Shown here in pieces: positions 46,248-55,948 of a DNA stretch of 64,000 bases. This DNA is from Eubacteriales bacterium (GTDB lineage Bacteria > Bacillota > Desulfotomaculia > Desulfotomaculales > Nap2-2B): contig JBAZGB010000002.1 in the NCBI GenBank assembly GCA_041653135.1, forward strand, positions 24,838 to 88,837, read 5' to 3'. The notes below the pieces were generated by a model. It was not told where the DNA came from, ran no database searches, and saw only the letters and a program-made list of their open reading frames with translations. The stretch's first letter is position 1; each line of letters starts with the position of its first letter. The translations under genes and the position numbers were made by a program.

Positions 46248-46530
46248 TGTCTATCCTCTTTTGTATTTCCGCAAATGTATCCTCAAAATCCCGCATAGGA
46301 GTATCTGCGGCGATTTCGCGGTCAACCTCCGACAACATCTGTCCCAACTGTTGGAGCGCCATCATTTTCTGATAGGCTTCGCAGCTCATTACTACCAAAT
46401 CAGCTTCACCGTTCTTAGTCACAACAACAGGAGCCTGTGTTTCATGGCACAGTTTGGAAAATGAATTATAGTCGTGCCGGATTGCAGTAGAAGGCTTGAT
46501 ATTTGTAATGATATTATCTTGCCGCCTCAT
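46240..46530 (-). CDS. Type II antitoxin, Phd/YefM family
   Basis: 96 aa (...APVVVTKNGEADLVVMSCEAYQKM...), upstream of and overlapping the toxin gene. Confidence 0.85.
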   Translation of the reverse strand: MRRQDNIITNIKPSTAIRHDYNSFSKLCHETQAPVVVTKNGEADLVVMSCEAYQKMMALQQLGQMLSEVDREIAADTPMRDFEDTFAEIQKRIDNG

Positions 46531-46626
46531 ATTTCCACCTCCTTGGCCATTATTCTGTCAATATTATAGCATAGCTATTTGTGGAATTCCAGTAAAAATG
46601 TCTTGAAAAAATATTAAAAAAGATGG

Positions 46627-46661
46627 TTGTATTATTATACAGCTGATTGTATAATTATCAT
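46627..46661 (+). promoter_or_regulatory. argC promoter overlapped by two tandem ARG-box-like palindromes (putative ArgR/AhrC operator)
   Basis: -35 TTGTAT (46627-46632), a 17-nt spacer, -10 TATAAT (46650-46655). Box 1 is TGTATtattATACA (46628-46641) and box 2 is TGTATaattATCAT (46648-46661), 20 bp centre to centre. Confidence 0.5.
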
Positions 46662-46682
46662 TGTGTTTTAGGAGGTGCTCAG

Positions 46683-47723
46683 TTGTATAAAGCAAGCGTG
46701 ATAGGCGCCACCGGGTATACGGGCGCTGAACTGGTAAGACTTTTAAGTTATCATCCGGAAACGGAACTGGCCGGTATAACCACGCAGAGCTATGCCGGAA
46801 AACCTTTCTGGGAAGTATACCCCCACCTGTACAAGCACGTGGAGATGATCTGCGAAGAACAGGATATCCCGGAAATAGTGAGCCGCAGCGATGTTGTCTT
46901 TTCTGCCCTGCCGCACGGGTATTCCATGGAAGCAGCCGCAGAGGCCGACCGGCAGAACAAATTATTCATCGACTTGGGCGCGGATTTCCGCTTCCGCGAT
47001 TTTGCGGTTTACGAGTCCTGGTACGGAATCACCCACACTGCCAGGGAACTGAACGAAAAAGCCGTTTACGGGCTGCCGGAAATTCACCGCCGGGAAATAG
47101 CGCAGGCAAGGCTGATTGCAAACCCCGGCTGTTACCCGACCAGCATAATCCTAGGTCTGGCGCCCTTATTGAAAAAAGGTTTAATTGACCCGAACAGCGT
47201 CATAAGCGACTCGAAATCAGGCGTGTCGGGGGCGGGCAGAACCCTTTCCCTGAATGTCCATTACTGCGAGGTAAACGAAAGTATCAAAGCATACGGCGTA
47301 ACTACGCACCGGCACACGCCGGAGATCGAACAGGAACTTGGCCTGCTGGCCGGCGGTGAAGTGGTGGTATCTTTTACCCCGCATCTGACACCGATGATCC
47401 GCGGCATTTTAAGTACAATCTATGCTGTGCGCAGCCGCCCCTTTACATCGAAAGAAGCGCTGTCGTTATACAAGGAATTCTATAGCGGCGAACCCTTCGT
47501 CAGCATACTTCCGGAAGGCATGCTGCCCGCCACTAAGAATATTTCCGGCTCAAACCTCTGCGTGATTGGGCTTGTAACAGACGAACGCACAAACAGGGTA
47601 GTGGTTGTTTCCGCAATAGACAACCTGATCAAAGGAGCTTCCGGGCAAGCAGTGCAAAATATGAATATTCTGCTCGGTTTGCCTGAAGACACCGGACTTG
47701 CCGGGCCGGGCGTCTACCCGTAA
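46683..47723 (+). CDS. argC: N-acetyl-gamma-glutamyl-phosphate reductase
   Basis: TTG start after RBS aggaggtg. LYKASVIGATGYTGAELVRLL..., with the catalytic Cys context (ANPGCYPTS). Confidence 0.93.
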   Translation: MYKASVIGATGYTGAELVRLLSYHPETELAGITTQSYAGKPFWEVYPHLYKHVEMICEEQDIPEIVSRSDVVFSALPHGYSMEAAAEADRQNKLFIDLGADFRFRDFAVYESWYGITHTARELNEKAVYGLPEIHRREIAQARLIANPGCYPTSIILGLAPLLKKGLIDPNSVISDSKSGVSGAGRTLSLNVHYCEVNESIKAYGVTTHRHTPEIEQELGLLAGGEVVVSFTPHLTPMIRGILSTIYAVRSRPFTSKEALSLYKEFYSGEPFVSILPEGMLPATKNISGSNLCVIGLVTDERTNRVVVVSAIDNLIKGASGQAVQNMNILLGLPEDTGLAGPGVYP

Positions 47724-47754
47724 AAAACAAACAGCAAGGAGGATTGACCGCCAG

Positions 47755-48978
47755 GTGATTAATGACAGCAGTGATTGGGAAATGGTTTCCGGCGGTGTTA
47801 CCGCAGCTAAAGGTTTCCTGGCTTCAGGCGCTGCCGCCGGAATAAAATACAAAGAAAAAAAGGATGTCGCTTTAATTTTTTCGGAATCAGATGCCTGCGC
47901 CGCCGGCATGTTTACGACCAACAAGGTTAAAGCCGCTCCCGTTTTGCTGAACATGGAACGGGTTAACCGGGAACCGGTCAGGGCAATTGTGGCCAACAGC
48001 GGAAACGCCAACGCCTGCACCGGAGAACAGGGGCTGCAGGACGCCAGGGCGATGGGGGAGGAGGTTGCCCGGTTATTGAACATCCCCGGTGAGAGCGTTT
48101 TGATCGCCTCAACGGGTGTAATCGGCCAGCCCATGCCGATGGAGCGCGTGCTGCCCGGGATTGCCGAAGCTGCGTCCAGCTTAAGCAAAGACGGCGGAGG
48201 CCCGGCTGCCGAAGCGATTATGACCACGGATACCGAACGCAAAGAAGCGGCGGTGAGCTTTTCAATAAACGGTAAAAAGGTTACCATCGGGGGTATGGCC
48301 AAAGGTTCCGGAATGATTCACCCCAACATGGCCACCATGCTCTGTTTTATAACCACAGACGCCGCAGTCGGGCGCGATTGCCTGAAAAAAGCCCTGCAGT
48401 ACGCGGTTGACCGCTCATTTAACATGATTACGGTTGACGGGGATACAAGCACAAACGACATGGTCATGGTACTTGCCAACGCGCAGGCGGAAAATGAGGA
48501 AGTCACCGTTGAAAGCAAGGACTACATCTTTTTCCGGGATAATCTAACCAGGATCTGCACTCACCTCACCAAGGCAATGGCCAAAGACGGCGAGGGCGCC
48601 ACTAAAATGCTTGAAGCGCAGGTCGTCAACGCCGCTACGGAAGCCGACGCGCGTCTGGCAGCCAGGGCTGTGGCAGGTTCAAACCTTGTTAAAGCAGCCA
48701 TCTTCGGAGAGGATGCCAACTGGGGCCGGATCTTATGCGCCGCCGGTTATTCGGGTGCCGAATTCGACCCGGATAGAGTGGATATTTACTTAAACGGTGT
48801 GAAGGTCGCCGAAAGCGGGCGCCCCTGCGCTGACTGCGAAGAAGAAGCTGCCCGTGCGCTGTCTGAAAAAAAAGTACATATTCTAGTTGATTTTAAATCC
48901 GGTAAATTTGAAGCTACGGCGTGGGGCTGTGATCTTACCTACGATTACATAAAGATCAACGCCCACTACCGGACCTAA
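47755..48978 (+). CDS. argJ: Bifunctional glutamate N-acetyltransferase / amino-acid acetyltransferase ArgJ
   Basis: GTG 47755 after RBS aaggagga. GGVTAAKGF...[21 protein letters not shown] (autoprocessing-site context) ...[18 protein letters not shown] at the C-terminus. Confidence 0.95.
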   Translation: MINDSSDWEMVSGGVTAAKGFLASGAAAGIKYKEKKDVALIFSESDACAAGMFTTNKVKAAPVLLNMERVNREPVRAIVANSGNANACTGEQGLQDARAMGEEVARLLNIPGESVLIASTGVIGQPMPMERVLPGIAEAASSLSKDGGGPAAEAIMTTDTERKEAAVSFSINGKKVTIGGMAKGSGMIHPNMATMLCFITTDAAVGRDCLKKALQYAVDRSFNMITVDGDTSTNDMVMVLANAQAENEEVTVESKDYIFFRDNLTRICTHLTKAMAKDGEGATKMLEAQVVNAATEADARLAARAVAGSNLVKAAIFGEDANWGRILCAAGYSGAEFDPDRVDIYLNGVKVAESGRPCADCEEEAARALSEKKVHILVDFKSGKFEATAWGCDLTYDYIKINAHYRT

Positions 48979-49006
48979 TTTTATATTTCACAGGGAGGCA
49001 AAAAGG

Positions 49007-49900
49007 TTGTCCAAAATCAGCCCGGGTGAAAAAGCTGCTATTTTAGTGGAAGCTTTGCCCTATATAAAAAAATTTTACGGCAAGACAGTGGTAATTAAAT
49101 ACGGCGGTCACGCCATGACCGACAACGAGTTGAAGAAGGCCGTGCTCACTGACGTGGTCCTGATGAAGTATGTGGGCATTAACCCGGTGATTGTCCACGG
49201 CGGCGGGCCGGAAATAAGCAACATGCTAAAAAGACTGGATATCAAATCCACCTTCTTAAACGGCCTGAGGATCACAGATGACGAGACCATGGAAGTTGTT
49301 GAGATGACTCTTGTCGGAAAAATCAATAAGGAAGTTGTTTCCATGATCAACAGCTTCGGGGGAAAAGCCGTCGGCCTGTCCGGCAAGGACGCCGATCTCT
49401 TTCAGGCCAGGCGAAAACCGGGCCAGGTGAAAAACCCGGACGGCAGCACGGCCGTTGTCGATATCGGCCTGGTCGGGGAGATAACCACGGTCAACCCCAG
49501 GATTATCAATACATTAGTTGCAGAAAGCTATATCCCGGTGGTTGCCCCGGTAGCTGTCGGGGCGGACGGGGAAAGCTACAATCTCAATGCCGACCATGCC
49601 GCCGGTGAACTGGCCGTAGCCTTAAAGGCTGAAAAGCTGGTCATTTTAACCGATGTGGAAGGTGTTTTAGAAGACCTCAATGACAAGGACTCCCTCATCT
49701 CCGTAATTGAAACCGGCGCAATTCCGGGGCTTATTGAAAAGGGAATAATCGACAAAGGCATGATTCCAAAGGTGGAATGCTGCATCAGCGCTATCAAAGG
49801 AGGGGTGGCAACAACCCATATCCTTGACGGGCGGGTAGCCCACTCAATTCTTCTGGAAGTATTTACGGACAGGGGAATCGGAACCATGGTTGTCCAATAA
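49007..49900 (+). CDS. argB: Acetylglutamate kinase
   Basis: 297 aa: [10 protein letters not shown]...VHGGGPEI...[12 protein letters not shown]. Confidence 0.95.
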   Translation: MSKISPGEKAAILVEALPYIKKFYGKTVVIKYGGHAMTDNELKKAVLTDVVLMKYVGINPVIVHGGGPEISNMLKRLDIKSTFLNGLRITDDETMEVVEMTLVGKINKEVVSMINSFGGKAVGLSGKDADLFQARRKPGQVKNPDGSTAVVDIGLVGEITTVNPRIINTLVAESYIPVVAPVAVGADGESYNLNADHAAGELAVALKAEKLVILTDVEGVLEDLNDKDSLISVIETGAIPGLIEKGIIDKGMIPKVECCISAIKGGVATTHILDGRVAHSILLEVFTDRGIGTMVVQ

Positions 49901-49913
49901 AAAGGGGTGTTAT

Positions 49914-51122
49914 TTGTTGACCAACGAGGAAATAATCGAGCTTAGCGATAAATATGTCATGAAAACATACGGCCGTCTGCCCCTGACCCCTGTTAAAGGG
50001 TCTGGAGCACGCATCTGGGACGCCCGGGGCAAAGAGTACCTTGATTTTCTGGCCGGGCTGGCTGTCTGCTCCCTTGGCCACTGTCACCCGGCGGTAGTCA
50101 AGGCAATCGCCGAACAGGCTTCGAAGCTGATGCACGTTTCCAATCTTTATTATATTGAACCGCAGGCTCAGCTGGCCAGGCTGCTGGCGGAGAACTCCTT
50201 TGGAGACCGTGTCTTTTTCTGCAACAGCGGGGCCGAGGCCAACGAGGGAGCGATCAAACTAGCCCGGAAATACGCCAGATTAAACGGGAGTCCGGAAAAA
50301 TACGGAATCATTACTGCTTTCAAATCTTTTCACGGGCGTACCCTGGCCGCCCTGGCAGCCACGGGCCAGGCTAAGTACCAGAAAGATTTCGAGCCATTGC
50401 CGGAAGGTTTTAAATATGTCCCTTTCAATGACCTTGCCGCGCTTGAAAGCGCCGTTGACAAGAATACTTGCGCAATCATGCTCGAACCTGTCCAGGGCGA
50501 AGGCGGAATTTACGAGGCAAAGCAGAACTACTTGAAAGGAGTCAAAGAACTCTGCAAAAAGTGCGGGCTTCTGCTTATCTTCGATGAAGTGCAGTGCGGG
50601 CTCGGGCGCACCGGCGCTTTTTTTGCCTACCAGCATTACGGTATTGAACCCGACATATGCACTCTCGCCAAATCTTTGGGCGGGGGGTTCCCGATCGGGG
50701 CGATGATCGCCACGGAAGAGGCAGCCGGCGCTTTTTCACCCGGCAACCACGCCTCCACTTTCGGCGGAAACCCGCTGGCCTGCGCGGCTGCCCTGGCAGC
50801 CATGCAATTTGTCCTTGAAAATAACATCATGGAGAACGCCGCCCGTATCGGAAGCTATTTTAAAGCCCGGTTAGAGGCGCTTTCCAAACAGTTCCCCTTG
50901 ATCACCGAGGTGCGCGGCCTGGGCTTGATGCTGGGAGCAGAGATGGCTCCGGGTTCCGCAGACGGGCAGGAAGTTGTTGCCCGGTGCCAGGAAAACGGTC
51001 TTTTACTTAATTGCATTGACGGTCACATACTGCGTTTTCTGCCCCCGCTTATAATCGACGAGTCCGACGTCGACGAGGCGGTCGGCATATTGGCCGGCGT
51101 GCTGAAAAAACTTACCGGTTAA
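49914..51122 (+). CDS. argD: Acetylornithine aminotransferase
   Basis: Class III aminotransferase (FCNSGAEANE; DEVQCGLGRTG; LAKSLGGGFP with the PLP lysine). The start is probably TTG 49914 (RBS aaaagggg plus 7 nt) rather than the track start 49890. Confidence 0.9.
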   Translation: MLTNEEIIELSDKYVMKTYGRLPLTPVKGSGARIWDARGKEYLDFLAGLAVCSLGHCHPAVVKAIAEQASKLMHVSNLYYIEPQAQLARLLAENSFGDRVFFCNSGAEANEGAIKLARKYARLNGSPEKYGIITAFKSFHGRTLAALAATGQAKYQKDFEPLPEGFKYVPFNDLAALESAVDKNTCAIMLEPVQGEGGIYEAKQNYLKGVKELCKKCGLLLIFDEVQCGLGRTGAFFAYQHYGIEPDICTLAKSLGGGFPIGAMIATEEAAGAFSPGNHASTFGGNPLACAAALAAMQFVLENNIMENAARIGSYFKARLEALSKQFPLITEVRGLGLMLGAEMAPGSADGQEVVARCQENGLLLNCIDGHILRFLPPLIIDESDVDEAVGILAGVLKKLTG

Positions 51123-51202
51123 TGAGCGCATAATAATTTATTTGTAAACGGTTTCTTTAAGAGTCTCATCTTCATAGACATTCAGATGGAGGATGGATAA
51201 AA

Positions 51203-52141
51203 ATGACTACTTTTAAAATGCAGGGCCGCGATCTGCTCTGCCTGCACGACTTTGCATCCGAAGAAATATACGCAATTCTTCAGCTGGCCGCTGATTTAAA
51301 ATCCTGGCAGAAAAGGGGAAAGCCGCACAGTTATCTGCATGGAAAAACAATCGGCATGATCTTTCAAAAACCTTCCACCCGGACCCGGGTTTCTTTTGAG
51401 GTGGCTATGTACCAGCTTGGGGGCTACGCCCTGCACCTGAACCCGGCCGACCTCCAGCTTGGCAGGGGGGAAACAATTGCCGACACTGCCAGGGTGCTTT
51501 CCCGCTACCTGGACGGAATTATGATCCGTACCTACGCACAGAAAGATGTAGAAGAGCTTGCCCGGCATGCGGGCATACCCGTAATCAACGGGCTCACGGA
51601 TCTGCTCCATCCCTGCCAGATCCTCGCCGACCTGCTGACCATAAAAGAAAAGAAGGGATTCCTGGAAGGGTTGAAGCTGGCCTATGTGGGAGACGGCAAT
51701 AATATTTGCCACAGTCTGCTTATCGGCTGCGCCAAAACAGGAGTCAACATAAGCGTGGCCTCCCCGGCAGGGTACTGGCCCAAACCGGAAATCGTAGAAC
51801 TGGCCAGGCAGGATGCACAACAAAATAAAAACAGCAGGATCGATATTTTCACAGATCCTGCAGAAGCTGTAAAGGATGCCGATGCAATTGTCACAGACGT
51901 TTGGGCCAGTATGGGGCAGGAATCCATCGCCGCCCAAAAATCCGGGGCATTTGCCGGTTACCAGGTTAATGACGCCCTGGTAAAATACGCGAAAGAAGAT
52001 TTTATCTTTTTGCACTGCCTGCCCGCACACAGGGGAGAAGAAGTTGCGGCGGATATAATTGACGGGCCGCATTCCGTGGTCTGGGACGAGGCGGAAAACC
52101 GGCTCCATACACAAAAAGCTGTTCTGGCAATGCTTTTATAG
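51203..52141 (+). CDS. argF: Ornithine carbamoyltransferase
   Basis: 312 aa: STRTRVSFE, HPCQ and HCLPA motifs. Confidence 0.95.
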   Translation: MTTFKMQGRDLLCLHDFASEEIYAILQLAADLKSWQKRGKPHSYLHGKTIGMIFQKPSTRTRVSFEVAMYQLGGYALHLNPADLQLGRGETIADTARVLSRYLDGIMIRTYAQKDVEELARHAGIPVINGLTDLLHPCQILADLLTIKEKKGFLEGLKLAYVGDGNNICHSLLIGCAKTGVNISVASPAGYWPKPEIVELARQDAQQNKNSRIDIFTDPAEAVKDADAIVTDVWASMGQESIAAQKSGAFAGYQVNDALVKYAKEDFIFLHCLPAHRGEEVAADIIDGPHSVVWDEAENRLHTQKAVLAMLL

Positions 52142-52354
52142 CTGCTCAGCCTTTACTGTTATTATACTCCTGACGCTCTTTTCAAATTTAGACCTGGGCA
52201 GCATGATGACGCGGCCGCATTTCAGGCACCTTATGCGAAAATCGATACCTGTGCGCATAATTTCCCACTGGTCGCCGCCGCAAGGATGGCCTTTTCTCAT
52301 CCTGACCACGTCGCCTATATTGTACTTAACAAGCACGGGCATCTCCCACCCCAC
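52136..52354 (-). CDS. DUF951-family protein
   Basis: YNIGDVVRMRKGHPCGGDQWEIMRTGIDFRIRCLKCGRVIM. The start is GTG 52354 or ATG 52342. The 3' end overlaps the argF stop convergently by 6 nt. Confidence 0.75.
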   Translation of the reverse strand: MGWEMPVLVKYNIGDVVRMRKGHPCGGDQWEIMRTGIDFRIRCLKCGRVIMLPRSKFEKSVRSIITVKAEQL

Positions 52355-52367
52355 TTGCGGTGAATTC

Positions 52368-53771
52368 CTATGCCTTGAAGAAAGCCTTGTAACCCTTGTA
52401 GGTCATATAAATGTCCCCTTTATGGGCCACTTCGAACGGCGAATGCATGCCCAGCAGCGGCACACCGCAGTCAAGCACATCCATCCCATACTGCGCCAGC
52501 AGGTAGGCGATCGTCCCCCCGCCGCCCTGATCGACTTTCCCCATTTCTCCGGTTTGCCAGACGACGCCTTCTTTGTTAAAAAGCTGCCTTATAAAAGAGA
52601 CAAACTCCGCGTTTGCGTCACTGGAACTCCTTTTTCCGCCGCCGCCGCCGTATTTATGAAAAGCAGTCCCGTGACCCAGCAGCATGGAATTATGTTTATC
52701 CATCACTTCAGCATAACTGGGATTCGTGCCGGCGGTTACGTCGGCCGACAGGGCTCTGGAATTGGCCAGGATGCGGCGCACGGTCAGCTCGCTATACTGG
52801 GGAAACGAACAGCCGGCCAGTTCAGCAATGAAATTGGTTAAAAAGACGGACTGCATTCCGGTATTGCCCACGCTGCCGATCTCTTCCTTGTCCGCAAAGA
52901 GGACAACAGCTGTGCGGCCCACGGAATCCAACTCCAGAATCGCCTGCAGGCTTGTAAAAGCGCAGACCCGGTCGTCCTGGCCGTAACCCCCGATCATACT
53001 GCGGTCAAAACCGACGTCCCTTGCCGGTAATGCGGGCGCCGCTTCAAGTTCCGCGCTGATAAAATCCTCTTCGATCAATCCGTATCTCGCATTCAGTTGA
53101 TCCAGCACGGCCTGCTTCAGCCTTTCCTTTACTTCACGGTTTTCCACCGGGTTGCCCCCGACAAGCACGTTCAAAGCTTCTCCGCTTACCGCCTCGCTCA
53201 TTTTCTTGTCCATTTGATCCTTGGCCAGGTGGGGCAGCAGGTCGGCGATAGTGAATACAGGATCGGAATCCTTATTGCCGATAGATATCCGGACGGCCTT
53301 CCCTTCTTTCGTGAAGACAACTCCGTGCAGAGACAGGGGAATACTCACCCACTGGTATTTCTTAATCCCCCCGTAGTAATGCGTCTTAAACAGGGCAAGA
53401 CCGGCTTCCTGGTAGAGGGGGCGGGGCTTGAGGTCCAGCCGCGGGGCGTCAATATGTGAGCCAATGACATTCAGCCCTTTTTCCAGGGGCTCGCTGCCGA
53501 TGATCGCCATCGCCATAACTTTGCCATGTCTTGCTGAATACACCCGGCTGCCGGGAACAAGGCGGCTCTGTTCGGTCAAGGGAGTAAAGCCATTTTCCTC
53601 TGCCCGGGCTATTATTACATCCACCGACTCGCGCTCTGTTTTGGATGCATTTAAAAACTCCCGGTATTTTTCACAGAATTCCATAACATCCTGACGGGCA
53701 GCCTCGTCCAGGCAATCCCAGACGTGCTTGCTTTCATATGATTCTCCCTTGCTCTGGCCTTTATCTTCCAT
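52368..53771 (-). CDS. M18-family aminopeptidase (aminopeptidase 1-like)
   Basis: 467 aa: GSHIDAPRLDLKP...FADKEEIGS...DANAE...GMHSPFE. Confidence 0.88.
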   Translation of the reverse strand: MEDKGQSKGESYESKHVWDCLDEAARQDVMEFCEKYREFLNASKTERESVDVIIARAEENGFTPLTEQSRLVPGSRVYSARHGKVMAMAIIGSEPLEKGLNVIGSHIDAPRLDLKPRPLYQEAGLALFKTHYYGGIKKYQWVSIPLSLHGVVFTKEGKAVRISIGNKDSDPVFTIADLLPHLAKDQMDKKMSEAVSGEALNVLVGGNPVENREVKERLKQAVLDQLNARYGLIEEDFISAELEAAPALPARDVGFDRSMIGGYGQDDRVCAFTSLQAILELDSVGRTAVVLFADKEEIGSVGNTGMQSVFLTNFIAELAGCSFPQYSELTVRRILANSRALSADVTAGTNPSYAEVMDKHNSMLLGHGTAFHKYGGGGGKRSSSDANAEFVSFIRQLFNKEGVVWQTGEMGKVDQGGGGTIAYLLAQYGMDVLDCGVPLLGMHSPFEVAHKGDIYMTYKGYKAFFKA

Positions 53772-53797
53772 GTAAATTACTCCACCCTTTCCTTAAG

Positions 53798-54457
53798 TTA
53801 AATAGTTATTTTAGTAGGCAATATATTATCTGGTATTAAGTCGATGAACTTTCCTTCAAACGGGGTTAAAAATTGCCGGCATTTAGGAATTATTACCGAG
53901 CTCTGAATAGAGCGGGTATACCAGTTGTCCGGCTGGCCCCCGTTCAACATGGATACCGGTATCTGCAGGGGTGTCAGCAAAGCGACAAGAATCAGCACAA
54001 TCACCAGCCCGTTTACAAGACCCAGCGCCAGCCCCCCCAAACGGTCAACAGGGCCTATGAAGGCCATCCTGGCAACCTGGGACAATATGACTCCGGCAAA
54101 ATAAGTCAGCTGGTAAACGACCAGAAAGATCAAGAGAAAAGCAATAATTTCCAGCAGACGCATGGACAGGATATTTTGGATTTGTTCCCCGCCCGTAAAG
54201 GAGAGCCCATTCGAAGACCACCAGGGCATTGAATCATTCCACAAATCTGTAGGGAAAGCGAAGTAGTTGCTTAACTTCTCCGTGAGATGCCATTTGCTGC
54301 CGGCAAAATCGGCCAGTTGGCTGTCATATTTCATTGCGAAGACGATTCCTAAAAAAATCCCCGCCAATCTGGCTATTCCCTTAAGCAAACCCGTTGTCAG
54401 ACCCCGCCAGGCAAACCATCCGATGATCACAAGTATAGTTACATCAATCCAGTTCAC
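53798..54457 (-). CDS. cvpA: CvpA-family membrane protein
   Basis: MNWIDVTILVIIGWFAWRGLTTGLLKGI..., four TM helices, CvpA-type N-terminus. Confidence 0.8.
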   Translation of the reverse strand: MNWIDVTILVIIGWFAWRGLTTGLLKGIARLAGIFLGIVFAMKYDSQLADFAGSKWHLTEKLSNYFAFPTDLWNDSMPWWSSNGLSFTGGEQIQNILSMRLLEIIAFLLIFLVVYQLTYFAGVILSQVARMAFIGPVDRLGGLALGLVNGLVIVLILVALLTPLQIPVSMLNGGQPDNWYTRSIQSSVIIPKCRQFLTPFEGKFIDLIPDNILPTKITI

Positions 54458-54646
54458 TTTCCGATCACATCCTTATCCAAACTTCAAACGCTTAAAAATG
54501 GAAAGGCAATGTGTCCGCCCTGCGCTGACTCAAGCTATTGACAGCCTACAGAAAACATTTTACCATGAAAGTAACTTTTTTCATAAATAAACACCAGACA
54601 CATTCTTTTTCCACCTACTATATTTTTTATTCTAAGGGGGATTAAT

Positions 54647-55534
54647 ATGAACCCGGAAGCACAAAAATTATTTGAGGAAGCGGAAGGGTTATTCAAAGAC
54701 AAAAAATTTGCGGAAGCGGCCAGGACTTATTCTCTTTCCATAGCAGAATGCCCCACCCTGCCGGCTTACCTTAACCAGGGCAACTCTTTTTTCTCTCTTT
54801 TGCAGCTGGATGAGGCCGAGGAGGCCTTCTTTTACGGCCTGGAACTGGCCAGGGATGAAAAAGACAGGTGGTTTGAAGGAATTTTTCTGGGCAACCTGGG
54901 CTTTGTGGAAAGCGCCAGAAATGATCCTCAAGCCGCCCTGGAATACTACCTGGATGCACTGGCGATTTTCAGAGAAACCGGACACATTAAGGACGAGGCC
55001 GATCAGTTGTGCAGCATCGGAACAGTCCACCAGGATCTGGGAGAAGCGGAATACGCTTTAAAGTACTTCGGCCAGGCTCTTCTAAAATACAAAGAAGCAG
55101 GCTACAAAAGGGGCGTCGCTAGCCAGTTGAACAACATGGGGCTTATTCTCGCCCGGATGAACAGGAGCAGCCAGGCGGAAGGCTACTTTACCAAAGCACT
55201 GGAAATCTTTAAAGAACTGGGCGATCAAACGGCAATCGCAGCCCAGTTGATGAACATTGGCAGCACCTGCCGGGACAGACAGGAAAGTGAACAGGCCCTT
55301 AAATTTTACGATGAATCAATGGCGCTTTACAGTAAACTTGGCGATATCTGGGGCATGGCCATGCAGTACAGCAACATAGCGTACATCCAAGCGATGGATA
55401 ACAATAATAAAAGCGCTTTAGAAAACTTCCGGAAATCAAAGGAATTATTCAGCAAAATAGATACACCGGATTGGCAGATGGAATCCCTCGACCAAAATAT
55501 TAAAAAACTGATCGAACTAACCCGGAAAAGTTAG
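54647..55534 (+). CDS. Tetratricopeptide-repeat protein
   Basis: 295 aa of repeated 40-residue TPR-like units (..AL.YY..AL.I....GD......L.N.G...). Confidence 0.8.
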   Translation: MNPEAQKLFEEAEGLFKDKKFAEAARTYSLSIAECPTLPAYLNQGNSFFSLLQLDEAEEAFFYGLELARDEKDRWFEGIFLGNLGFVESARNDPQAALEYYLDALAIFRETGHIKDEADQLCSIGTVHQDLGEAEYALKYFGQALLKYKEAGYKRGVASQLNNMGLILARMNRSSQAEGYFTKALEIFKELGDQTAIAAQLMNIGSTCRDRQESEQALKFYDESMALYSKLGDIWGMAMQYSNIAYIQAMDNNNKSALENFRKSKELFSKIDTPDWQMESLDQNIKKLIELTRKS

Positions 55535-55542
55535 AAGCAAGC

Positions 55543-55925
55543 GAAGCAAGGGGACGGAAGCAGGGGGAAGCAAGGGGACGGTTCTTCTTCAAGCAAGGGG
55601 ACGGTTCTTCTGACATCATTAGCGCCGTTCCTTTTAGAGTGTCAAAGGGAACCGTCCCATTGACAGAGACACTTGACAGAGGGCGTCGTTGTTCACAGGT
55701 GAGCGATATTGCGGAGTGCCGCTGCAGCACCCGGTGAAGCTTCGGTTACAGGGCCGCGGTGCGAAACCAGCGGCACACTAAACGTTTCTTAAAATGACTT
55801 AATGATGTCAGGAATATAATGTTGGGGATATTACGCGGCCTAAGGCGAACATGAGCACGTAGACAGTTGACCTCCCTAATAGAGTGTCAAAGGAACCGTC
55901 CCCTTGACAACAACCCTTGACAACA
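55543..55925 (+). repeat. Composite gene-less repeat element (tandem 23-24-bp repeats, 12-bp inverted repeat, two ~45-bp hairpin-bearing direct repeats, 61-nt central hairpin); MITE/PATE-like
   Basis: GGGGACGG occurs at 55550, 55574 and 55597. CTGACATCATTA (55610-55621) pairs with TAGTGATGTCAG-type complement TAATGATGTCAG (55800-55811). TAGAGTGTCAAAGG(G)AACCGTCCC(A/C)TTGACA-N7-TTGACA occurs at 55635-55678 and 55880-55922. The stem GTGCCGCTG...CAGCGGCAC spans 55716-55776. Confidence 0.8.
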
Positions 55926-55948
55926 AATTGAAAAAGTGGGTGCAGGTT

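Noticed and set aside
47550-52841. Long antisense ORFs 47550..48302 (-), 51296..52114 (-) and 52059..52841 (+)
   Set aside because: Each is fully contained opposite a strongly supported gene (argJ, argF or the M18 aminopeptidase) and has no recognisable motifs. They are shadow ORFs in GC-rich coding DNA.
55716-55776. Riboswitch interpretation of the 61-nt hairpin upstream of the DUF4037 gene
   Set aside because: It does not match any riboswitch consensus I can recall (c-di-GMP I/II, ZTP, guanidine, preQ1, fluoride, THF). It is also embedded in a repeat element rather than forming a leader with an expression platform.
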